Of a stretch of 64,000 nt of DNA, positions 1 to 8,255 are shown in pieces (the stretch's first letter is position 1; each line of letters begins with the position of its first letter). The position numbers were made by a program, and so were the translations under genes. The notes below the pieces were generated by a model, which ran no database searches, had not been told where the DNA came from, and saw only the letters and a list, made by a program, of their open reading frames with translations. The DNA is from an uncultured bacterium. GTDB taxonomy: Bacteria; Zixibacteria; MSB-5A5; CAIYYT01. The stretch lies in NCBI GenBank assembly GCA_963726455.1, contig CAVSCK010000003.1, positions 192,001-256,000 on the forward strand, in the 5' to 3' direction.

Positions 1-965
1 TTGGACTTGTACCTGGTCCAGGGCTCAAATGTACCGACAAAAAGCAATTTGCTGTCATCACCCATCACGAAGAAAACCGGAAACTCGGTGGTGAAGCGAG
101 CCGATTTTTCATTTGTCGACTTGACGCCCACAACTCTCAGATTAAGCGCTCCGATTCCGGCTCGATTCGGAACAATGGAAAATCGACCGGTGTAGAAACG
201 GGTGCTATCAGTCAACTGAATACTGCTTCCCCACGATCGCGGCAATTCCGACGGCCTGAGATTCAGCGAGTAGTCCAGAATGAATTGCACCTTGGTATAT
301 TTGTCCGCCCGGCATTCTAGCGCCAGATCAACGAAGGTTGTCTCGTTCACTGCCGGTTTCCTCGAAAACTTTAGTTCACAAGTGAAATGCCGGTCTATTA
401 ACGGGTCATATTGTTTTCCGCGCAGCGGATACCTCAATGTCAGCGGTTGATCGTTCACCTGCGGATGCGGCGGGACATCGGTGAGGCGGTAATTGGCGCC
501 GGCGCCGGCATAAACGGCCTTGCCGTCCTCGTCCAGCGCAAGAACCAATGACGCCAGCGGCAGCCAGGATGACTTAAGACGCCGGGAAAACGTCAGTCGA
601 TAGGTGCCGACCTGATCGGGCCGAAACGCAAACGATGCCTTGAATGTAGCACCCGAATCAATTGGAGTCTTCCAGACAGCACTGTCGGGAGAAATCCCCA
701 GGCCGTAAGCGTCAACTGTCTCCAGGCGGAAACTGAGAGTGTCGGTCACTCGTTTATTGCAGGTCAGATTGACAGTTACCGAACAGGGGCTGTCATACCC
801 GGGCTCCCCGATAAACCGCACCTCTCCGGAAAATGGTTGAATGATCGAACGAGGATGAATCTGCAAGTCGGCCTTGATTACCGCCGGAGGATCGGTCAGC
901 GCCAGGGTCGAAGACGAAAACACCGCGCACGCGGCGCTTAACAACAACATCAGTCGCAAAATCAT
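1..965 (-). CDS. Secreted hypothetical protein with two Ig-like internal repeats (3' end runs off the window)
   Basis: Missing from the ORF track because there is no stop in the window. Manual translation from ATG 965 is open to base 1: MILRLMLLLSAACAVFSSSTLA (signal peptide), with repeat pairs FAFRPDQVGTYRLTF/FSIVPNRAGIGALNL and LALDEDGKAVYAG/FVMGDDSKLLFVG. Confidence 0.8.
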   Translation of the reverse strand, partial: MILRLMLLLSAACAVFSSSTLALTDPPAVIKADLQIHPRSIIQPFSGEVRFIGEPGYDSPCSVTVNLTCNKRVTDTLSFRLETVDAYGLGISPDSAVWKTPIDSGATFKASFAFRPDQVGTYRLTFSRRLKSSWLPLASLVLALDEDGKAVYAGAGANYRLTDVPPHPQVNDQPLTLRYPLRGKQYDPLIDRHFTCELKFSRKPAVNETTFVDLALECRADKYTKVQFILDYSLNLRPSELPRSWGSSIQLTDSTRFYTGRFSIVPNRAGIGALNLRVVGVKSTNEKSARFTTEFPVFFVMGDDSKLLFVGTFEPWTRYKS

Positions 966-1123
966 ATTCAAACACTCCCGGATATTTGCCTGCCGATTAT
1001 TCCGCAGGCCCCTCGATGACATCTCGCTCGCCTGCTGGATCGCAAGGATTATACAAAACACAACGGCGCGAATCAGCTTTTTTGTCGTTGGCCTATCCGG
1101 ACAAATTGACTATTATCCGCGTC

Positions 1124-2494
1124 ATGGCTGACAGACTTAAACGTCGCGACACGATCGAACTGGATATTATCGACTTGGCCAACACCGGCAAATCGGTGGG
1201 CCGCCATGACGGCATGGTCGTCATGACCGACCGTGGCGTGCCGGGTGACCGTATCGAATGTGAGATCACCGAGGTCAAACGTCATTTCGCATTTGGCAGG
1301 CAGACCGATCTCAAGAGTTCATCGCCGCTGCGCATCACGCCGCGCTGCTCGCATTTCCTAATCTGCGGCGGCTGTTCCTGGCAATATCTTCCGTATTCGG
1401 AACAATTGAAATATAAGGCGCGCTTTGTGAGCGATGCCATCGAGCGAATCGGTAAGCTGGAAGCCGTCGAAATCGATCCCATCATTCCCTCCGCTGATGA
1501 ATTTTACTATCGCAACAAGATGGAATATTCCTTTAGCGACGAAGCTGGCGGTTGTGCCGGACTGCACGTACGGGGGCAATTCGACGCCGTCTTCGACCTT
1601 AAAGAGTGCTACTTGCAGTCGCCTCGTTCGGTTGCGGCACTAGACACGGTCCGAAAGCTGGCGCGGCAATTTGGCGTCCCTTTCTATAACTTCAGAGACG
1701 GCTCCGGCGAACTGCGATTCCTGGTCGTCCGGGAGGGCAAGCTGACCGGTGATTTCATGTTGAACATCGTGACCTTCGACCGCGAGTTCTCCGGCCGCGA
1801 CGAGTTTTTCGGCGGCGTCTTCGAACAGGTGAACGGGCTCACTTCCTTATTTCATACCGTCAACGGCAGGAAAGCTCATGTCGCCATCGGGGATGAATTA
1901 ATTCACATCTTTGGTGATACTTATCTCACCGAACAAATCGGCCATCTGACTTTTCGCGTGACGCCCTTCTCTTTTTTCCAGACCAACACTAAACAGACCC
2001 GCGTGCTGTACGACATAATCAGAGAGCACACGCAGCCGAAAGCAGAGCACACTCTGCTCGACCTGTTTTGCGGTTGCGGCACGATCAGTCTGTACCTGGC
2101 CAGAGACGTTGCATCGGTTCTGGGAATCGAGATCAATCCTGAAGCAATTGAGATGGCGAAATTGAACGCGTCCCTGAATAATGTCCCCAATACTGAATTC
2201 GTGTCAGGTGACGTGCGCAAGTTGCTGGTTCAACTTCATGAAGGTGGCCGCGAGTTTGACACGATCGTAACCGATCCGCCGCGTGCGGGATTGGAGCAAA
2301 CAGCGGTACGACGCATTTGCCGCCTGGGCGCCAAACGTATCGTAGCAGTCTCCTGCAATCCGGCGACCCTGGCCCGCGATCTGGGACAATTTGTGGAAGC
2401 GGGTTATCGCGTCGAACGGGTCACTCCCGTCGACATGTTTCCGCAAACGGCACACGTGGAGACGGTCGCCAGTTTGGTACTCGAACAGATATAG
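1124..2494 (+). CDS. rlmD: 23S rRNA (uracil-C5)-methyltransferase RlmD/RumA
   Basis: N-terminal TRAM domain, Fe-S motif CSHFLICGGC, SAM motif LDLFCGCGTI, DPPRAG, catalytic VSCNPATLARD, DMFPQTAHVE. Start moved to ATG 1124. Confidence 0.95.
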   Translation: MADRLKRRDTIELDIIDLANTGKSVGRHDGMVVMTDRGVPGDRIECEITEVKRHFAFGRQTDLKSSSPLRITPRCSHFLICGGCSWQYLPYSEQLKYKARFVSDAIERIGKLEAVEIDPIIPSADEFYYRNKMEYSFSDEAGGCAGLHVRGQFDAVFDLKECYLQSPRSVAALDTVRKLARQFGVPFYNFRDGSGELRFLVVREGKLTGDFMLNIVTFDREFSGRDEFFGGVFEQVNGLTSLFHTVNGRKAHVAIGDELIHIFGDTYLTEQIGHLTFRVTPFSFFQTNTKQTRVLYDIIREHTQPKAEHTLLDLFCGCGTISLYLARDVASVLGIEINPEAIEMAKLNASLNNVPNTEFVSGDVRKLLVQLHEGGREFDTIVTDPPRAGLEQTAVRRICRLGAKRIVAVSCNPATLARDLGQFVEAGYRVERVTPVDMFPQTAHVETVASLVLEQI

Positions 2495-2550
2495 CTGGGC
2501 GAGCAGGACGCTGCCCCGCTTAATAATATCAACCCTTGGAGTAGATGATA

Positions 2551-4260
2551 ATGACGAAGATTCTTGCAATCGTGGCTTTATGCGCAGTGCTGTTCATTCC
2601 GGCCTCGTCTGGCGCGAAACAACTCAGCGCGGGAGAGAAGCTTCAGGCAACCGCGGAAGCATTCATCGAGAAATGGTTTGCCTTTGATCCGGTGATTGCC
2701 ACAGAAATGGGAGATCACACCAACGATTATCGCTATCCCGATTTCTCGCAGAAGTCTTTCGGCAGATACGCCGCCGCCCTGCGCGATCTGCGTAACGATC
2801 TTAACGGCATCAGCCAGCAACAGTTGAACGCCGACGAAAAGCTTGACTACCTGACTCTTCAGAGCGACATCGAGACCCAATTGCTCTACCTCAGCCGCTC
2901 CCTGATCCTGCAGGACAACCCGAAATTGTTTTCCGGCAAGGCCATTGACGGACTCTATCAAGTCATGCAGTCTCAATCACTCTCTGATACCTCCAAGTTT
3001 GAGTATATTCTGGGCCGCCTGAATGATCTGCCGCGATTCCTGGAGTCTGCGCAGAGACTCCTCAAAGAACCACCACAGATCTGGATACTGCTTGCAGAAG
3101 ATGAAGTTGAGAGAACGACCACCTTCCTGACAGATCTTGCTGACTATTTCGGAGACAGACTCCCGCATCGCAGCGACGAATTGAAGGAGAAAATTGCCAC
3201 AGCGGCAAATTCCCTGGAGGATTTTTCGGACTTTCTTGACGCCCTCAAGACCAAGGAAGGTCAGCAGTTTGCGGTTGGGAAGGAACTCTTCGATAAGCTG
3301 CTTAAGCAGCAGTTGTATGTCGACTACGACTCCGATTCCTTGTTGAAGATCGGTGAGGCGCAATTCGCCGAAGCCGCCAGACTGTATGACTCCGTCTCAG
3401 CCATCGTTGACACCCTTCCGCTGCCGGAGGATTTCGCATATTTCGTACCCAAGAGTTTCAGCCGCGCCGACGTGATGGATTATTTCCAGTGGGAAATCAA
3501 TCAGACCCGTGACTGGCTGGTGGCACACGATTTCGCTACTATTCCAAGTAATATCGCTCCCTGCGTGCCGGAGGAGACTCCCGCCTTCGCCGAGCGGCTT
3601 ACGGGAGGCATCATTTGTCAGACGGCTGGGCCGTTTGAATCTGCTCAGACTAGCAGATTCCATGTTCAGCCCCTTCCGGATACTTTGTCCGATGCGAATC
3701 GCTCGGCATACTTTCGATATTGCACGCGCCGGGGTTTCAGGCCTACCGTAGTTCACGAGGCCTATCCGGGGCGCCACCTGCAAATTCAGATGACAAACCA
3801 CAACCCCTCGCTTCTCCGCCGCGTGCAACGCGACGAGATGATGACCGGGGGCTGGCCGCTCTATTGTGAAGGCGAAATCTACGATGAAGCTTTTTACGGC
3901 GATGATCTTCGCACTTACTTGACCGTTCTTAACGGTGTCCGCTTCCGCGCCGCCAGAATCATAGTGGATGTCAAATTACAGACGGGACAGTTCACCTACC
4001 AGCAGGCCGTCGATTGGATGGTCGCTAACCTCGACGCCGAGGTAGACTATATCGAGAAGGAAGTCAATTCCTACACTCTGGAGCCGACGGTTCCCAGCAG
4101 TTATCTGTTGGGCAAGGATTACCTTCTCAAAATCCGAGACCTCTACAAGACCAAGATGGGACAGCAATACACTCTCAAGAGATTCCACGACTTCATCTTG
4201 CAGCAGGGAACGATCTCGCCGGTGCTGATTTATAAGCAAATGTCCGGCCAGATCTTCTGA
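2551..4260 (+). CDS. DUF885-family exported protein (zincin-like fold, degenerate metal site)
   Basis: Signal peptide, P..AT.MGDH, HEAYPGRHLQ, GWPLYCE, RAARIIVDVKL, SYLLG, FHDFILQQG. Confidence 0.9.
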   Translation: MTKILAIVALCAVLFIPASSGAKQLSAGEKLQATAEAFIEKWFAFDPVIATEMGDHTNDYRYPDFSQKSFGRYAAALRDLRNDLNGISQQQLNADEKLDYLTLQSDIETQLLYLSRSLILQDNPKLFSGKAIDGLYQVMQSQSLSDTSKFEYILGRLNDLPRFLESAQRLLKEPPQIWILLAEDEVERTTTFLTDLADYFGDRLPHRSDELKEKIATAANSLEDFSDFLDALKTKEGQQFAVGKELFDKLLKQQLYVDYDSDSLLKIGEAQFAEAARLYDSVSAIVDTLPLPEDFAYFVPKSFSRADVMDYFQWEINQTRDWLVAHDFATIPSNIAPCVPEETPAFAERLTGGIICQTAGPFESAQTSRFHVQPLPDTLSDANRSAYFRYCTRRGFRPTVVHEAYPGRHLQIQMTNHNPSLLRRVQRDEMMTGGWPLYCEGEIYDEAFYGDDLRTYLTVLNGVRFRAARIIVDVKLQTGQFTYQQAVDWMVANLDAEVDYIEKEVNSYTLEPTVPSSYLLGKDYLLKIRDLYKTKMGQQYTLKRFHDFILQQGTISPVLIYKQMSGQIF

Positions 4261-4271
4261 GCTTTTCCCCT

Positions 4272-4298
4272 TCATTTTTGGCCCGATTCTTCCGATAC
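4272..4298 (+). promoter_or_regulatory. Putative sigma28-like promoter (TCAT-N15-TCCGATAC)
   Basis: Same TCCGATAC octamer and N15 spacing as the site at 10742-10768. Confidence 0.35.
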
Positions 4299-4452
4299 GA
4301 TTGACTAGGAAGGCGACGGCGCTCTACCGGTGTAACTCGGTGCCACATCTCTCTTTCGGGGCAACGCCGAATGCTTCGTCGCCGCGAACCTTATAATCGT
4401 CCACGGCTGTGTATTCAGCTTTGGCACCCATATAACAGGAAAGCTGGCAGCA

Positions 4453-5562
4453 ATGACCAAGATTATTCACGCCTCCGATTTCTGTCTTGGCAGGCAGTTC
4501 TCGGGAATCGGAAAATCGGGTGATTTCGTCCGCAAGGCTCTCAAGGATTCTCTGGAGCGTTGCGTCACCGAGGCGCTCGATCGCAGTATCGATCTATTCC
4601 TGGTTTCGGGAAATCTGTTCGCGACCAATATGGTGTCCCGGCATCTGGTTGAGTTCATGTTTCAACAGGTGGAGCGCCTGGGACGAATCCCCTTTGTCGT
4701 GTTGCCCGGATTCAAGGATGATTTCGACGACAACTCGATCTATCGCTACATGCCCAGCGAAAATCGCCCCGAAAATTTCCATATCTTGCAAGGCCGGCAT
4801 TGTCCCTGTCTTGATTTTTCCGACTCGGGAATCACAGTCTATGGGTTGAGCATCCCCAGACACGCTGCCGAACTGGGACACATAAGTTTGCCCACCAAGG
4901 AAAATACCGCGGGCGTCCATATAGTTGTTGTCAGCAATTTCGAAACGCCCGATTCCTCGGAGTCCGATATCAGCATGAGACAAATATCCGACTCACTAAT
5001 CGAGGCCGGTTTCGATTATGTCGCCATTGGCGGCGGTAACTATCGTAAATGGAACCCGCGCTCCTATTCTGCCGGCTCTCCTGAAGCTCAGGGTTTTGAC
5101 CAGAACGAACTCGGTAAAGTGCTGTTGGTTGATCTTGATCCCGGACGCTGCTCTGTCGATGACATCGAAACCGGCCAACTTCGCTGGAAACAAATTGAAT
5201 TGGACAATACGCATTTTCGCTATACGATCGAGCTTGAGGAGGAAGTTCTCAAGCACGCCTCGCCGAACACCCTGTTACAGGTGCGATTCGACGGCGGTTT
5301 TGTGACCGACGGTTACCTTGATCTTTCGGAGCTTGAAAGCAATCTCAAGGACAGCTTCTGTTGCCTGCGAGTCGAGGATGATCGGTTGTTCACTTCCGCT
5401 CAGCCGTCCACAGGCGGAAACGGCGGCGACACATTGCTGACCGACTACAATTTCCTTCTGGAGGAGGCCATTGAGAAGGCAACTCCTGAATTGAGACCCA
5501 CGTATTTCCAGGCGCTTGTGACCGGCACCGCCATGCTGTCCGGCAAGGATGTGATCTCATGA
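4453..5562 (+). CDS. Mre11/SbcD (YhaO-like) metallophosphoesterase-fold protein with catalytic motifs lost
   Basis: Motif scaffold present but substituted: IIHASDFCLG, VSGNLF, LPGFKD, DYVAIGGG, SAGSPE. ATGA overlap with the downstream ATPase. Confidence 0.88.
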   Translation: MTKIIHASDFCLGRQFSGIGKSGDFVRKALKDSLERCVTEALDRSIDLFLVSGNLFATNMVSRHLVEFMFQQVERLGRIPFVVLPGFKDDFDDNSIYRYMPSENRPENFHILQGRHCPCLDFSDSGITVYGLSIPRHAAELGHISLPTKENTAGVHIVVVSNFETPDSSESDISMRQISDSLIEAGFDYVAIGGGNYRKWNPRSYSAGSPEAQGFDQNELGKVLLVDLDPGRCSVDDIETGQLRWKQIELDNTHFRYTIELEEEVLKHASPNTLLQVRFDGGFVTDGYLDLSELESNLKDSFCCLRVEDDRLFTSAQPSTGGNGGDTLLTDYNFLLEEAIEKATPELRPTYFQALVTGTAMLSGKDVIS

Positions 5563-7709
5563 AACTGCAGAAATTCTCCCTGAGGCGGTTCGGTTGCTTT
5601 GACGATACCACGCTGGAATTTGGCGACGGCCTCAACGTGCTCCTGGGCGACAATGAGTCGGGAAAATCTACGCTGGTTCGGGCGCTCGGCACAATCTTGT
5701 TCGATGTGCCCGCGGGCACATTCGGCGCTGGCAAGTCCAACGACTCGAATCCGTCTGCCAAACCCTATCTCCTTAACCTGGAATATCACGCCGACGGGAA
5801 AAACTATCGGCTGACTAAAGATCTCGCCACCGAGACAATCCTCTTGGAAGAGATCGAATCGGGAGAGAGATGGAGCACTCCCGCCGAAGTACAGGCGCAG
5901 ATCGCATTGGCCCTGGGGATCACAGAAAAAGAACTCTACTTCGCAACATCTTTAATCCGACAGAACGATCTGGCCGGCGTGGAAAAAGCGAACGATTTGA
6001 TCCGCGACAAGCTGGAAAAGATGCTTAACAACAACAAGGATGACCTGCTTGTCTCGCGGCTGCTGCAAAGAATCGCCAATCGGCTGACACAAATTCAGGG
6101 ACGCGAGTCAGTCTGCACCGGCGAGATTGCTGAGTTTGAGAAACGAATCAACGACTGGACCACCGAACTTAACACTACCAAGACAAAGATTGTGGAACTG
6201 GCGGATTCACGATGCCGACAGGAGACTATCGTCAACGAAATTCAGGTCATTCAAAAACTGTTTGAGGACAAGCACGAGTTATTCCGCAAAAGCAAACAGG
6301 CGCTTGAAGCCGAACAAAACCTGAATCAGGAGCGGGAGACTTATCTCGACCTGGGCCGTCGCACACGTGACGCGCTGGAAATCAAGGATCAAATTACCTC
6401 CAAGAAGGAAGCCCTCAAGGCGATCGTCAAAATCGACCGCACTGATCTTAAGACTGCCGAAAGTCTTGCTATCCAGAACCAGCTTGGCAGAAACCGCCTT
6501 GAAGATGCCTCGGCAGCGCGGGAGAGAGAAGATCAAGCCGCTAATCTGCTGCAGCCAAAGGGCTGGTATCGGCTGCTGGTCGGCTTTGCATTGTTGGCCT
6601 CAGTGGTCTGCATATTCATTTGGAACAAGACCCACGGCTCCGTCTATCTCATGGGCGCCGGCGCGGGGATGCTGATGACGTTCGTTGCGACCGTGTTGTG
6701 GTCACTCAGTACTGCCAGTTACAAACATGCCCAGTCCAAATTCAAGGAAGCTGATCAACGCTGGCGGGATGAAGAAGAGCGTCTGCACAAGAATGAGGAT
6801 GCCCTGCAAACGATCATTCATCGTTTCAAGGTCAACAGTCTCGAAGAAATGCAGGACCGTTACGAGGAATATCGCGACCTTGACCGCGACATCAAGGCGC
6901 TCGTCACGCGCTACGAATCGCTTCTGGGAGACAGTAACCTGAAAGACCTTGAAGATGAACTCGGCAAGATGACCGATCGCATCAGCCGTCAGCAGGAAGT
7001 ATTCGAAAAGTTTCGCGCTTACGCCATCTCCGCTGAGAAGCTTGAACAACTGCAACGCGAAGTTGCCGAACTGGACAAACGCCACAGTCAACTGCAGGAA
7101 GAAAATGCGAACCTCGAAAAGAAGCTTCTCTTCCTCGAGGCCGGCAGCGACTTGATGGCGCCGTTACAGGAACGGATTGAAGAAGGCGAACGTCAACTTA
7201 AGCGCCTGCGCTCAGAAGCCGAGATTCTTTCGATTACGTCCAGATATCTCGAGGAAGCGCGCCGCCGGGTGTTGAAGTCCTCGCTGGAGATTCTGGAAGA
7301 CGAGGCATCCGCTATCCTCGGCAACTTGACCAATGACCATTGGAAACGCGTAAGATTCGACCGCTATTCATTCGCGGCGGAAATCAGCCCCGACGGCAGC
7401 ACCTGGATGAGTTCCTCCGAATCCCTTTCCCGGGGAACGGTAGACACGTTGCATCTGGCAATGCGGCTGGCGCTGGTCAAGATATTCTCCGGTGATGTCA
7501 AGCCGCCGATCATCATGGAAGACCCGTTGATGTTCATGGATCAGCCCCGTCGTGAAAAAGCGATGGCGATACTCGATCTGATGGCACAGGACTTCCAAAT
7601 CCTGTTCTTGACGGCCGACCGCCAGCGTTTGCCGTGGGCGAACAGGTCTATTGAACTGGGACAGGCAGAGCCAAGCCGGCAGTATTCAGAGGCGGTAGTC
7701 GGCGCATAG
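5559..7709 (+). CDS. Rad50/SbcC-like (YhaN/AAA_27) coiled-coil ATPase with two central TM helices
   Basis: Walker A GDNESGKST, Q-loop LIRQ, long coiled coil, hydrophobic hairpin, signature LSRGT, Walker B-like IIMEDP. Confidence 0.9.
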   Translation: MKLQKFSLRRFGCFDDTTLEFGDGLNVLLGDNESGKSTLVRALGTILFDVPAGTFGAGKSNDSNPSAKPYLLNLEYHADGKNYRLTKDLATETILLEEIESGERWSTPAEVQAQIALALGITEKELYFATSLIRQNDLAGVEKANDLIRDKLEKMLNNNKDDLLVSRLLQRIANRLTQIQGRESVCTGEIAEFEKRINDWTTELNTTKTKIVELADSRCRQETIVNEIQVIQKLFEDKHELFRKSKQALEAEQNLNQERETYLDLGRRTRDALEIKDQITSKKEALKAIVKIDRTDLKTAESLAIQNQLGRNRLEDASAAREREDQAANLLQPKGWYRLLVGFALLASVVCIFIWNKTHGSVYLMGAGAGMLMTFVATVLWSLSTASYKHAQSKFKEADQRWRDEEERLHKNEDALQTIIHRFKVNSLEEMQDRYEEYRDLDRDIKALVTRYESLLGDSNLKDLEDELGKMTDRISRQQEVFEKFRAYAISAEKLEQLQREVAELDKRHSQLQEENANLEKKLLFLEAGSDLMAPLQERIEEGERQLKRLRSEAEILSITSRYLEEARRRVLKSSLEILEDEASAILGNLTNDHWKRVRFDRYSFAAEISPDGSTWMSSSESLSRGTVDTLHLAMRLALVKIFSGDVKPPIIMEDPLMFMDQPRREKAMAILDLMAQDFQILFLTADRQRLPWANRSIELGQAEPSRQYSEAVVGA

Positions 7710-7729
7710 CGCGGTAGTTTTTATTCCGT

Positions 7730-7758
7730 TTGCGTATCCGTCAACGTTTACTTATAAT
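7730..7758 (+). promoter_or_regulatory. Sigma70 promoter TTGCGT-N17-TATAAT, near-leaderless to the HIT gene
   Basis: Consensus -10 with a 17-nt spacer; ATG 9 nt downstream. Confidence 0.6.
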
Positions 7759-7767
7759 TTCGCGGTC

Positions 7768-8253
7768 ATGGCAAAAACAATGTTCGCACCATGGCGCGGT
7801 GACTTCATTCGCAGTCCCAAGCCAAAGGGTTGCATCTTCTGCCGTATGCTGGCAGAGAAAAAAGATCGCGACAATCTCATTCTACTGCGCGCCGAACACA
7901 GCTTCATCGTCCTCAACCGATATCCCTACACGACTGGCCATCTAATGATTGTGCCCAATCGCCACATCGGCCATTTGGAGAAGATGCCTGAGCCGGTGTT
8001 GGTCGAGATGATGCAATTATCCCGGCTTGCCGTCAAGTCTCTCAAGGCCGAATTTACGTCGCGCGGCTTTAATCTGGGCATGAATCTGGGACGTTCCGCC
8101 GGCGCCGGCGTTGCCGGGCACTTGCACCTGCATGTTGTTCCCCGTTGGGCAGGCGATTCCAATTTTATGGCCGTCACCGGCGATATACGTGTACTCTCGT
8201 TTTCGTTGGATGACACCTATCGGGCACTATCCAAGTATTTCCAACGACGATAG
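7768..8253 (+). CDS. HIT-family nucleotide hydrolase (Ap4A phosphorylase/FHIT-like)
   Basis: APWR, CIFC, LNRYPY, GFNLGMNLG, HLHLHVVPRW triad. Confidence 0.93.
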   Translation: MAKTMFAPWRGDFIRSPKPKGCIFCRMLAEKKDRDNLILLRAEHSFIVLNRYPYTTGHLMIVPNRHIGHLEKMPEPVLVEMMQLSRLAVKSLKAEFTSRGFNLGMNLGRSAGAGVAGHLHLHVVPRWAGDSNFMAVTGDIRVLSFSLDDTYRALSKYFQRR

Positions 8254-8255
8254 CC

